From an uncultured Chthonomonadaceae bacterium (lineage in GTDB: Bacteria > Armatimonadota > Chthonomonadetes > Chthonomonadales > Chthonomonadaceae): a stretch of DNA of 64,000 bases. Each line of letters starts with the position of its first letter. Positions within the stretch are counted from its first letter, which is position 1. The DNA is taken from the NCBI GenBank assembly GCA_963817895.1, contig CAWFQB010000004.1:160001-224000 (forward strand), written 5' to 3'. The notes beneath the pieces are model-generated. The model ran no database searches. It worked only from the letters and a program-made list of their open reading frames with translations, and was not told the DNA's origin. Both the position numbers and the translations under genes were made by a program. Below are positions 20,544-30,466 of the stretch, in pieces.

Positions 20544-22883
20544 TTAGCCCTTTTCGGTATGGACGACCTGACCGCCAAAAATGTCCAGCACTTCCTTCAA
20601 CATGCCGATGCTGCGGTCTTCTTCGGGTTGCGGCGTGTAGGCGGGTGGGGCGGGAGTGGGTTTCGCTGCCCCGTTGCCGTTGCCATTTCCATTAGTGGAA
20701 GCCGCGACGCCGGAAACGCCGGAAGCATTGTTGGGGGAGGGAACAGGGGAAATGTTCGCGCCATTAGAGCTACCGGCAGGCGCGGCGGGCTGTAAAATAG
20801 CAGTGTCAGCCGTCCGAAAGTTATTTGCGCCATCGTTGGGAACACTGTTGGAAGTGGTGGGCGGCGCATAGGAAGTGGGTGGCGGCGCGGCGGTCGGAAC
20901 TTCGTAATCCATCACCCGCGTCGGGCCGGTCGGCGCGGCAATAATCGCGCGGAGAATCCAGCAGCGTTCCCGTTCCCATGCTTGCGGCCATGCCTGTTCC
21001 ATTGGAAGGCGGGTCAGTCGGCAATTTCGCGCCCACACCCGCGCCCCCGGAACCGTTCTGCCCGTCCAGAAGGCATTGGATGCGATAGCCTTCTGTTTTC
21101 AAGCCCTCATTAATCTTCTTTTCAACTAACTCTTTGGCCTTGTTCTGGATACGGTCACGGGCAAACGCTTCTTTGAACGAAAGAATAATCGTATTGCCCT
21201 GCAACGCGCTTACCTGCGCTTTTTCCAGAAACCCGCCCCCGGCAGGACTAATTTTGTGTACCGATTTTACAATGCGATCCCATGATCGGCGAATCACGTC
21301 CAGCGTAACGCCTTCGGCAAACTGATGCCCGCTGAAATCGGGAGCGGGAGAGGCAGGATTGCCGTTGCCCGCGCCATTGGAAGCGTTGAACGTCGCTGTC
21401 GTGGAAACGGCGGGCGTGGATTCCTGTATAAGTGGAACAGCGGTTATCGTCAGCGGCGGGGGCGCAAGGATCTCTTCCGGTTCCGTTTCCAGCGCGTCAG
21501 CCTCGTCCTCGTCTTCGTCATCCTCGTCTTGCGTTGCGCCGTTTGCGCCGAATGAGGCAGTGGACGCGAGGGTTTGCGCGGTTTCCTGCGTGGGCGGGCG
21601 CGGCACGTTGGTCGGGGAAGCGGCGACATTGGCGCGGGAGGGCAGTTCAATGTCGTCCGTGTGCTGCAATGGGGAGGATTTGCCGTTCGCGGCAGCAGTC
21701 TGCGTTTGCGGACGCGCGGAAGGCGACGCTGTTTTCTCCTGCGGGCGGATGGCGGGGCGGGCTTGCGGTTCCGCCGTAACAACGCCCTGCCCGATCTGCA
21801 TCAGGCGCACAAGGGTTCGTTCCAGAATCCAGCGGTGCTGATTGCTATTGCGGCACTCGCGCTCCGCTGCCGACAATTCGCCCATCATTTCCAGCAGGGA
21901 AGCGGGAGCGAAAACACCTGCCTGCGATTTGAGTAGGGCGAGTTTGTCCGCGCCCAACTCCTGCGCGGCTGCCTGTTTCGCGCCCGTCGCCAGCAGCATC
22001 AGGTCGCGCAAATGTCCGGCAAGCGCGGTCAGCAGTTGGCGAACGTCCGTACCGCTGTCCACAAGGTCGGACGCGATTCCCAGTGTCGCCGCCCAATCCC
22101 CCCGGCCAGCGTTTCCGTCACCTGCGCCAGCATCTCGGTTCCCACCGTGCCAAGCGCGCGGTGTACAATCGCAGCCGTGATATGCCCGTCCGAATACGCG
22201 AGTACCTGCTCCAGAATGGAAAGGGCGTCGCGCCACGAGCCTTCCGCGCTGCGGGCAACCGCCTGTACCGCTTCCGGTTCGGCAGTAAACCCTTCGGCCA
22301 GAATCACCCGCTCGATGGACGCGCTCAAATCATGCAGGCTGCCCCGCTTGAACTGATAGCCCTGACAGCGCGAACGAATCGTAATGGGAACTTTGTGGTA
22401 CTCCGTAGTGGCGAGAATAAAGACGACGTGGGGCGGCGGCTCTTCCAGCGTTTTCAACAGGGCGTCGAACGCTTTGGCTGAAAGGTCATGCACTTCGTCA
22501 ATGATGTACACTTTGTACCGCGCTTCACTCGCGGCGTATTGCACATTTTCAATGATTTTTTCGCGCACATTGTCCACGCCGGTTTCGCTGGCCGCGTCAA
22601 TCTCGACCACATCCATGCACGTATTCTCGCGTATGGACACGCACAATCGGCACACCCCGCACGGTTCGGCGGAAGGGCCATCCTGCGCCACGCAGTTCAG
22701 GGCGCGGGACAGCAGGCGGGCGGTAGACGTTTTGCCGCAACCCCTCGCGCCGTGAAACAGGTAGGCGTGGGCAATGCGTCCGGTCCGAATCGCGTTTTGC
22801 AGCGTGGTCGTCACGGATTCCTGTCCCATCAACTCGTCGAAGTTCTGGGAGCGGTATTTGCGGTAAAGGGCGATGTAGGACAT
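20544..22883 (-). CDS. dnaX: DNA polymerase III subunit gamma/tau (frameshifts near 22090 and 20945)
   Basis: ALYRKYRSQNF, GARGCGKTS, IIDEVH, LLKTLEEPP and TIRSRC; long low-complexity C-terminus. Confidence 0.95.
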
Positions 22884-22886
22884 AAA

Positions 22887-22997
22887 AGTAGGGAGTAGGG
22901 AGTAGGAAGTAGGGAGTAGAGAAAACGCGGCTGGTTGTGCCGCTCACCCCGCATGACGCGGAGCCTTCTACTCCCTACTCCCTACTCCCTACTCCCT
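22887..22997. repeat. Inverted heptamer repeat (AGGGAGT)n between ffs and dnaX
   Basis: agtagggagtagggagtaggaagtagggagtaga ... tctactccctactccctactccctactccct. Confidence 0.88.
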
Positions 22998-23016
22998 GTT
23001 TTTGCCTTCGATGCTC

Positions 23017-23118
23017 AGAGCCGGGGTGAGGAACGTACTCGGGAGTTCAGACTTAAGGCTGCTGGGTTCCCCCCCTGACACTGGTTCATCCAACCGCCGA
23101 TACGCCCGCCCCGGCTCT
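23017..23118 (-). ncRNA. ffs: Signal recognition particle RNA (small bacterial type)
   Basis: Minus strand AGAGCCGGGG...GAACCAGTGTCAGG-GGG-GGAA-CCC-AGCAGCCTTAAG...CCCCGGCTCT: terminal stem plus helix-8 motif; directly upstream of dnaX. Confidence 0.92.
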
Positions 23119-23142
23119 CAACACCGAACGCTTCTATACACC

Positions 23143-23151
23143 ATTATACCA
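23143..23151 (-). promoter_or_regulatory. Extended -10 promoter for ffs-dnaX-ybaB-recR
   Basis: TGGTATAAT on the minus strand about 25 nt upstream of the SRP stem. Confidence 0.6.
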
Positions 23152-23257
23152 AATCGGCAACAAGAACGCAACGGCTATTTTCATGGCGACATAATCGGGT
23201 CGAAAGTTGAACAGAGCGCAGATTGTTGTATGCTTGATGCGCTTTTGTAGTGTCCCG

Positions 23258-23882
23258 TCAGGAGGGAGGGGAAGAGTTCAGGCGTCCAGTCGCCATGTAC
23301 AGCAGAATGCCCATAATTTTATCCACATCTTTAATGTAGTAGTCGGCGGCGTCAATGCGGGCAATCGCGCCTTCGAGTTCCAGAAACTTCCACTGATTGC
23401 CGATGCTGACCGCGCCGTATATCTTCGGAACATCGCTGCCTTCGCGCGCATTGAACAACTGCGCGGCAATCATTTCGGCAAGGCACTGCGCATACCCCTG
23501 TTTAATCTCCTCGTTTTTGGCCTCTGCCAGCATGAGTACGGGAGCCTCGACAAACATCTGCTGCCGGGAACGGGTCACGATGTAATCACAAAAGCCGCTC
23601 AGGTCTTGCAGCGCGTCTACGGTAAATTCCACGCCGCTAAACAGCGCGATCTCGTTATGCGCCATATAACGCGCTTCCGCCAGAATGGGCGCGATGATAA
23701 ATTCGGAGCGCGACCGTTCGGTAGACACTTGCAAAGCCATTTCCATATCGCGCTGCAAGCGCCGTAAAAACGCCGGTTCAGGCGTGACGGCAGGAATTGC
23801 GCGCGAACAGATCAGCGTTGGTTTCCAGCGTCAAATTGAACTTTTTGGTTAGCCTGCTCAGTGTGAAATCAGAATAAGCCAC
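23258..23882 (-). CDS. Conserved hypothetical PD-(D/E)XK-like protein (frameshift near 23800)
   Basis: GTG start with GGAGA RBS, AYSDFTL..., ERSRSEFIIAPIL, GFCDY, AEAK, QCLAEMIAAQLFN and IYGAV. Confidence 0.75.
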
Positions 23883-24083
23883 ACTGTCTCCCTGCTGCAA
23901 ACATTGCTGGCCTTTCACACAACAAACCCCAACCTGTCGCCATACGAACACTATACCAAAATTGCCGCAACAAAGCAACGGCAATTTACATGCAGGCAGT
24001 GGCGCTGTCGCGCGTGTAGACATGTGGATGGAACGCTATACGGTATACTTATAATCACATATACATTTTTAAGGATGGACGGG

Positions 24084-25970
24084 ATGAGTTATTATGAGGA
24101 ACAAGCCGGGTACGCCACGCTGAAAGACGCGCTGGAGAATTATACCGTAGAGAATCTGAAGAAATTGAACGCGCTGTTCAAAACGGAAAAGCCTGCGCGT
24201 AAAGCGGCGCTTGTGGATATTCTGATGGCGCAAATGAACGGCGGCAAATTGCGCGAAACGTGGGGGCGTCTGGATGCCACGCAGCAGGCGGCGGTTGCCG
24301 AAGCGCTGTACGCGCCGGATGGTCGCTACAATGCCGAGCGCTTTCAGGCCAAGTACGGCAAGTCCCCCAATTTAGGCACACGCCCGGACTGGCAAAACAG
24401 CTATCGGGAAGAAGCCTCGCTGTTGAGCATGTTTCTGCACCGCAACGTATTGCCCGAAGACTTGAAACCCCGCTTGAAGGCGTTCGTGCCGGTTCCGCCG
24501 CGCATTGTGCTGGAATCGCAGGATGAGATTGAGGATGTATTCGACCTGTTTGAAAAATCCTATGATTATGAGACGAAAAAATATACGGACGTGGTCACGC
24601 CCCTCCCGGTTGTTCGCCGCGAAACAGAGCGCGACGCGCTACAGGATGCGCCCGTGCTGCTGCGGCTTATCAGCGCGGGCAAAGTGAGCGTGAGCGAGAA
24701 AACAAGCCTGCCGACAGCGGGTTCCGTGAAAGCCATCGGCGCATTGCTGCACGGCGGCGACTTTTACGATAATATGCCCGGTGTAGAAGGGGAAGACGAT
24801 GCGCGTGATGAGAATGAAGAAGCGGTTGGGCCGGTGAAAGCGTTCGCGTGGCCGTTGCTGGTACAGGCGGGAAAGTTCGCCGTTCTGCACGGCAAGAAAT
24901 TGGATTTGACACCGGCGGGGCAAAAGGCGCTGCTGACTCCACCCTCGGAAATCCTGCGCAGTATGTGGCAAAACTGGCTAAAATCGTCCCTGTACGACGA
25001 ACTCCGGCGCATCAACAACATACGCGGGCAGACCGGCAATGGCCTGAAGAGCCTGACTTCGCCCAAAACTCGGCGCGATTCCATTGTTAAAACGATGCAG
25101 CATTGCCCTGTCGGAAAATGGGTGAATGTGGATCATTTTCTGCGCTACCTTCATGCCGAACACGATTTCGAGGTGTCGCGCGACGAGTGGACACTGTATA
25201 TCTCGTCCGCGGATTACGGCAGCCTGGGTTATGACTTTGGCGCGGGAGCCAGTCAGTGGAACATTTTGCAGGCGCGTTATACCCTGTGTTTTCTGTTCGA
25301 GTACGCGGCCACGCTCGGCCTGATTGATGTTGCCTATACCCGCCCCGCCGGGGTTCGTTCCGATTATAGCGGCTTCTGGGGCGCGGATGATCTGTACTTT
25401 TTCAGCCGCTACGATGGCTTGCAGTATCTGCGCCTGAACAGTTTGGGCGCGTACTGCCTCGGCTTGGCCGACACCTACACGCTTGCGCCGCAGGAACACC
25501 GCCCGACCCTGCGCGTTCTGCCCAACCGCGATGTCGTGATTACCGATTTGGAGGCAGCAGCGGGAGACATGCTGATTTTGAGTCTGTACGCGGAAAAGAG
25601 TTCCGAGCGCGTGTGGCGATTGGAGCAGGCAAAAATGCTGGCCGCTGTGGAGAGTGGGCGTGACCTGAAAGAATTGCGCAACCTGCTGCAAACCCGCAGC
25701 GAAAACGAATTGCCGGAAGTAATCGCGCGGTTTCTGGATGATGTGGAGGAGCGCAGCCGCCGCGTACTGGATCGGGGCATGGCGCGGCTTATCGAGTGCG
25801 CCGACAAAGATACCGCCCAACTGCTGTCACACGACCCGCGCACCAAACGCTACTGCATGGCGGCGGGCGAACGTCATATCGTGGTATCAGCAGAAAATGA
25901 GGCCGCGTTCCGCAAGGGATTGCGCCAGTTGGGGTATATCCTGCCTGCCGCGCTGCCGGAGCGGAAGTAA
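24084..25970 (+). CDS. Helicase-associated (XPB/Ssl2 N-terminal-like) domain protein
   Basis: 628 aa; FEYAATLGLIDVAY, LRLNSLGAYCLG and C-terminal LRVLPNRDV...VWRL...LPEV pattern; no Walker motifs. Confidence 0.65.
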   Translation: MSYYEEQAGYATLKDALENYTVENLKKLNALFKTEKPARKAALVDILMAQMNGGKLRETWGRLDATQQAAVAEALYAPDGRYNAERFQAKYGKSPNLGTRPDWQNSYREEASLLSMFLHRNVLPEDLKPRLKAFVPVPPRIVLESQDEIEDVFDLFEKSYDYETKKYTDVVTPLPVVRRETERDALQDAPVLLRLISAGKVSVSEKTSLPTAGSVKAIGALLHGGDFYDNMPGVEGEDDARDENEEAVGPVKAFAWPLLVQAGKFAVLHGKKLDLTPAGQKALLTPPSEILRSMWQNWLKSSLYDELRRINNIRGQTGNGLKSLTSPKTRRDSIVKTMQHCPVGKWVNVDHFLRYLHAEHDFEVSRDEWTLYISSADYGSLGYDFGAGASQWNILQARYTLCFLFEYAATLGLIDVAYTRPAGVRSDYSGFWGADDLYFFSRYDGLQYLRLNSLGAYCLGLADTYTLAPQEHRPTLRVLPNRDVVITDLEAAAGDMLILSLYAEKSSERVWRLEQAKMLAAVESGRDLKELRNLLQTRSENELPEVIARFLDDVEERSRRVLDRGMARLIECADKDTAQLLSHDPRTKRYCMAAGERHIVVSAENEAAFRKGLRQLGYILPAALPERK

Positions 25971-26024
25971 GAGAACAAAAGAAGGAATACGCACATCGAA
26001 ACGATAGAAAAGGCGGCTCGCCTG

Positions 26025-26741
26025 TTGTTGGAAAGTGACGCGGTTTTGTTCGATCTGGATAACACGCTGATTGAAACCCATATAGACTTTGCGGAGATGA
26101 AGCGGAAGACGCTGGCGTTGGGCGTGGAGTGGGGCGTGAATACAGAGACTATGGGCGATATGGACATTCTTGCCATTGTCGAAAAAGTGACAGCGATTTT
26201 GCAGAGCATTACCATGAGCGGAGCGCATAAAGATTTCCACGAAGCCGCGTATGCGATGCTGGCCGCGCAGGAGGCCGAACAGTGCGCCGACCCCGTTTTG
26301 CTGCCCGGAGCGTCCGAACTGCTGTCGTGCCTAAATCGGCGCGGCGTTCCCATCGGCGTAGTCACGCGCAATTGCCGCATGGTGGCGGACCGTCTGCTCG
26401 TGGAGGGCGATTTGCAGTGCGACGTTCTGCTGGCTCGAGAAGATGCGACTCAGGTCAAGCCGCATCCCGATCATCTGCGCGACGCCCTGCGCGTCCTGCG
26501 AACCAAATTCCCCGAACGACGCTTGCAATCGCAAAATTGCCTGATGGTGGGCGATCACGTCATGGACATTCAGGCAGGCCGCGCCGCGCAAATGCGTACG
26601 CTGGGTTTACACCGACAACACCCGCCCGAAGCGTTCGCCGATTGCCCGCCCGATGTGCTGCTCAAGGATGTTGCCGAACTCTGGGAAGGGGTGTCAGGTG
26701 TCAGGTGTCGGGTGTTGGGAAAGGGGCGTAACTTGCGTTAA
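26025..26741 (+). CDS. HAD-family hydrolase
   Basis: FDLDNTL, VVTRN, KPHPD and MVGDHVMDIQAG. Confidence 0.9.
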   Translation: MLESDAVLFDLDNTLIETHIDFAEMKRKTLALGVEWGVNTETMGDMDILAIVEKVTAILQSITMSGAHKDFHEAAYAMLAAQEAEQCADPVLLPGASELLSCLNRRGVPIGVVTRNCRMVADRLLVEGDLQCDVLLAREDATQVKPHPDHLRDALRVLRTKFPERRLQSQNCLMVGDHVMDIQAGRAAQMRTLGLHRQHPPEAFADCPPDVLLKDVAELWEGVSGVRCRVLGKGRNLR

Positions 26742-26831
26742 ATGTTTCCATTTGACAGCAAGCGCGAAATGCGCGTATGGACAATTCAAACACCCAAACA
26801 CCCGACACCCGACACCCGACACCCGACACCC
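26688..26831. repeat. Inverted heptamer repeat (GGTGTCR)n overlapping the HAD end and GT start
   Basis: gggtgtcaggtgtcaggtgtcgggtgtt ... aacacccgacacccgacacccgacacccgacaccc. Confidence 0.88.
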
Positions 26832-27700
26832 TCCTCTCTATTTGCATCGTCAACTGGAACACGCGCGATCTGCTGCTCGACGCGCTTGCCAGCATCTATA
26901 ACGCGCCGCCAAACTTTGGGTTTGAAGTGGTTGTTGTGGATAACGCTTCGCATGATGGCAGCGCCCTCGCGGTACGGGAACGGTTTCCGCAGGCAACGCT
27001 TATCGCCAACGAAGAAAATATCGGGTACGCGGAGGGCAACAATCAGGCGATGCAGCGGGCTTGCGCCGCGTATAATCTGTTATTGAACCCCGATGTGATT
27101 TTGCCTCCGGGGGGATTGGCAAAAGCCGTCGCGTTTATGGAACAACATCCTGACGCGGGCGCATTGGGCGTCCGGCAGGTACACCCGGACGGCAGTTTGC
27201 AGAAGTCAGTACGCGGATTTCCCACGCCGCTCACCGTGCTGTGGGAACTGATCGGCCTGAGTCGCCTGTTGTCCCACAGCCCCTTCTTCGGCGCGTACCG
27301 CATGACATGGTTCGATTACAGGCATGTTGCGGAAGTGGATCAGCCGATGGGCACATTTCTACTATTGCGCCGTCAAACCATAGAAGAGATTGGAATGATG
27401 GATCTGGCCTTCCCGATTTTCTTCAACGAAGTGGATTGGTGTTTGCGCTGCAAGCGGGCGGGCTGGAAAATCTGGTTCACGCCCGATGTCGAAATTATCC
27501 ATTATGGTGGCGCAAGCACGATACAGGTGGGCGGCGCGATGGCATGGGAGTCCCGGCGCGGGCTGCTGCGCTTTTATGCCAAACACTACCGCACCATCTG
27601 GCTCTGGCCCCTGCGCCTGCTTATCGCCGCCGCTTCCTGGCCCCATGCCTGGCTGCAAGCGCGAAAAAGGCAGAAGCAAGTGATGAGTGATGAACAATGA
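26777..27700 (+). CDS. Glycosyltransferase family 2 (WbbL-like)
   Basis: IVNWNT, VVDNASHDG, LLLNPD and FFNEVDWC. Confidence 0.9.
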   Translation: MDNSNTQTPDTRHPTPDTLLSICIVNWNTRDLLLDALASIYNAPPNFGFEVVVVDNASHDGSALAVRERFPQATLIANEENIGYAEGNNQAMQRACAAYNLLLNPDVILPPGGLAKAVAFMEQHPDAGALGVRQVHPDGSLQKSVRGFPTPLTVLWELIGLSRLLSHSPFFGAYRMTWFDYRHVAEVDQPMGTFLLLRRQTIEEIGMMDLAFPIFFNEVDWCLRCKRAGWKIWFTPDVEIIHYGGASTIQVGGAMAWESRRGLLRFYAKHYRTIWLWPLRLLIAAASWPHAWLQARKRQKQVMSDEQ

Positions 27701-27748
27701 GTGATGAGTAACATCCCATTCATCATTCAGCACTCCTCGTTCAGCATT
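27680..27748. repeat. Degenerate inverted heptamer repeat (GATGAGT-type)
   Basis: gtgatgagtgatgaacaatgagtgatgagt ... cattcatcattcagcactcctcgttcagcatt. Confidence 0.6.
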
Positions 27749-27765
27749 GTTGATGGAGGTGTTTC

Positions 27766-28935
27766 GTGATTACGCGCGTTCGGGTGAAAAATTTTCGCAG
27801 TCTGGCGGATATAGATGTGACGCTCGGCCCACTGACAGTGCTGGTCGGGCGCAACGGCGCGGGTAAAAGCGCGTTTTTGGACGTGTTGCGTTTTGTAGGT
27901 GAAGCCCTACAGCCAGGAATGGGATTGGAAGCCGCATTTGGTCAGCGAGGAGCAATTTCGTCTGTGCGCCGTCGAGAACCGGAGCGTCTTTGCCATGATC
28001 TTGCCATCACGGTGAATGTCGAAGCGGAAGATCTATGGGCGGAGTATGGCTTCGTTATTGATACATGCGATGACAGTCTGATGCGCGTAAAGAGGGAGAG
28101 TTTGCGGCAGGGAACAAGCGAAGCATCTGCTCAGACCATTTTTGAAATTGAAAATGGAACGTGGAAAACGTCGGCATCTACACCGTTTGGCTCACTTGAC
28201 TCAGAAGAGCAAATTCCACGCGGTCATTTATTGATGGGAACATTGTCTTCATTCAGAATAGATACCGCGAACATGTTGCGGCATCTAGTGAATACAACAG
28301 TATACAACTTCAACCCGGCGACACTTCCTACTCTCCAACAGAAACGTGATGACCGTTTGTTGTCGCAGACCGGCGATAATCTCGCCTCGATGCTGCAAAG
28401 AGCGGATGAAGACGGTTGGTTATCTCCCATTAAAGCCACTCTGCGCTTGATTGTCAGCGATATTAAAGACGTTCGTGTAGATGCTATCAACGATCATCTA
28501 CTGATAGGTTTGCTTCATAGTGACTACAAAGAGAGTGCGCTTTGGTTCGACCTGAAAATGGAGTCCTCCGGCACGATAAGGCTTCTTGCGCTACTAACGG
28601 CTTTGTACCAGAGAGCGACGTACCCCTTGATTGCTATTGAGGAACCAGAATTGTTCTTATACCCAAACTCCATGCCGATTTTGGCAGGTGTCATCAAAGA
28701 AACCGCGCTCAATCATCAAGTGATTGTAACCACGCAAAGCCCGGACTTTATTTCTGAGTTTGATGTGGAGCAGTTGCTTATTGCAGAGCGTAAAGGGGGC
28801 ATGACACTCATCGGTCCATTGTTGCCTGAACAAATGGATGCTGTTCACAAGCAATTGTTTACAACCGGCGACCTGCTGCGCATTGAAGGGCTACGCGCTA
28901 CGCCTTTTGAAGCGGTGAGCGCCGCCGATGTCTAA
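27766..28935 (+). CDS. ABC/SMC-like ATPase (AAA_21 type)
   Basis: KNFRS, GRNGAGKS, ESSGT signature, IEEPE Walker B and TTQSP. Confidence 0.9.
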   Translation: MITRVRVKNFRSLADIDVTLGPLTVLVGRNGAGKSAFLDVLRFVGEALQPGMGLEAAFGQRGAISSVRRREPERLCHDLAITVNVEAEDLWAEYGFVIDTCDDSLMRVKRESLRQGTSEASAQTIFEIENGTWKTSASTPFGSLDSEEQIPRGHLLMGTLSSFRIDTANMLRHLVNTTVYNFNPATLPTLQQKRDDRLLSQTGDNLASMLQRADEDGWLSPIKATLRLIVSDIKDVRVDAINDHLLIGLLHSDYKESALWFDLKMESSGTIRLLALLTALYQRATYPLIAIEEPELFLYPNSMPILAGVIKETALNHQVIVTTQSPDFISEFDVEQLLIAERKGGMTLIGPLLPEQMDAVHKQLFTTGDLLRIEGLRATPFEAVSAADV

Positions 28936-29584
28936 AGTTGTACCGATTGTGGAAGGCCATGGTGATGTCGGCGCAGTGCCTGTTCTCTGCTACAAACTGT
29001 TGAGGGATAGTCAGCGGTACGATGTTCAGGTAGATGTCGCCATTGATGCGAAGGGGCGCAGTAATCTGACCAAAAAGGGCGGGTTAGAGCAGTTGATTGA
29101 ACGCGCCTGGAACCGACCGGGGTGTAATGCTGTTCTGATACTCGTGGATGCGGATGATAATTGCGCGGTTCATCTGGCAAGGGATTTTACAAGGCGTATT
29201 CTGGCGATGGGCAATCCGCGCTGCGCCGTTGTTGTAGCAGTCGCTGCAATGGAATACGAAGCCTGGTTTCTGGCAATCATGGAAACACTGGCAGGTCAAA
29301 TTGTTAGAGACGGTCTGATGTTACCGATAGAAACCAGCTTCACAGGAGATGTTGAAGCAATCAGGGATGTAAAGGCATGGATAACCAGCCAACTGCCCCG
29401 TGTAGGTGGATACAGGCGGGTAGCCTACGATGAAGCACAAGACCAACTTACTATGACGCGCTTGATTGACCCAACACTGGCCCGCGCCAACTCGCGCTCG
29501 TTTCGGCGGCTGTGCCATGCTATCGAACAAATTCTGGACGCGGTTGATAACAACAAGATTGTGGTGACGCCGGAAGCGGTATGA
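28928..29584 (+). CDS. DUF4276 family (TOPRIM-like) protein
   Basis: IVEGHGD, LVDADD, EYEAWFLA, Y...DQ and SRSFRRL; overlaps the ATPase stop. Confidence 0.85.
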   Translation: MSKVVPIVEGHGDVGAVPVLCYKLLRDSQRYDVQVDVAIDAKGRSNLTKKGGLEQLIERAWNRPGCNAVLILVDADDNCAVHLARDFTRRILAMGNPRCAVVVAVAAMEYEAWFLAIMETLAGQIVRDGLMLPIETSFTGDVEAIRDVKAWITSQLPRVGGYRRVAYDEAQDQLTMTRLIDPTLARANSRSFRRLCHAIEQILDAVDNNKIVVTPEAV

Positions 29585-29608
29585 ACAACCGTAAAAGAAC
29601 AGGATGGG

Positions 29609-30361
29609 ATGATAGCTGTGGAAGAGACAGGGATGATACGGGTGCAGGAAGCAGACTTTGAGGAGGTAGCGGCGCAGCATGTAGACTTTTTCCTGCAAGT
29701 CAAAGGCATGTCCCTGATTGTGGGCGATGCCGCCCTGAACAAAGCCCGCGAAGTGCAGCAGCTTGTCAACGAACTGAAAGCCATCGGCGCGACGGACGCG
29801 GATATTAAATTGCTCGGCGTACAGGCGGACGCTTCCACCGGCATTTTAGGCCGCCACTCTTCCGCAACCTACTCGCTGAAAGCGCATTGCGCGAAATTGG
29901 AAACCATGCCGGATTATCTCGGCGTCATCACATCGCAAAAGAACACAACCGTCAACTATCTGCAATGGGATTACGGCGACCTGCGCGACATACAATTGCG
30001 CCTGCTGGATCGCTGCATCGAATGGGCAAATGAAAAAGCGCAGCGTATTGCAAAAGGCTTGAATGTAACCATTGCTGGCGTGTACCGGTTTACAGATGCA
30101 ATAAGTACATCAGAGGGAGATTTCACGTCTGCTGAACAGAGCATGGCGATGATGAGACGAAGACTTCAAGAGCAGGAGTTTGACGAGCGAGACAGACCTA
30201 GCGGAATGAACGCAAATAGGAAATACGCACTTGAGGAGAGACCACGTCGCATTACTGTGCAGGAACTCGGAATGGAGATTTCTCACAACAATCATGTTGT
30301 TATTGGGGTCAGCATCGAGTACCGAATTGCGCCGCAGAGTAACCAATCCGGCCAATCATAA
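29609..30361 (+). CDS. SIMPL (DUF541)-like protein
   Basis: ANEKAQRIAKGLNVTIAGV pattern and terminal VSIEY strand. Confidence 0.6.
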   Translation: MIAVEETGMIRVQEADFEEVAAQHVDFFLQVKGMSLIVGDAALNKAREVQQLVNELKAIGATDADIKLLGVQADASTGILGRHSSATYSLKAHCAKLETMPDYLGVITSQKNTTVNYLQWDYGDLRDIQLRLLDRCIEWANEKAQRIAKGLNVTIAGVYRFTDAISTSEGDFTSAEQSMAMMRRRLQEQEFDERDRPSGMNANRKYALEERPRRITVQELGMEISHNNHVVIGVSIEYRIAPQSNQSGQS

Positions 30362-30385
30362 TCAATGCGCGACGCTGACAGTTTA

Positions 30386-30432
30386 GCCTTCTCCCATTCT
30401 GGGAGAAGGTGGGCGAAGCCCGGATGAGGGCG
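30386..30432. repeat. Single REP of the CCTTCTCCC/GGGAGAAGG family
   Basis: gccttctcccattctgggagaaggtgggcgaagcccggatgagggc. Confidence 0.75.
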
Positions 30433-30466
30433 CAGTCTCGTAGCCAACGCAGAAAGCCGTAACCAA

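Noticed and set aside
20544..22883. Programmed frameshift in dnaX (tau/gamma)
   Set aside because: The first break falls inside the clamp-loader core with no A-rich slippery site, and indels are common throughout the window.
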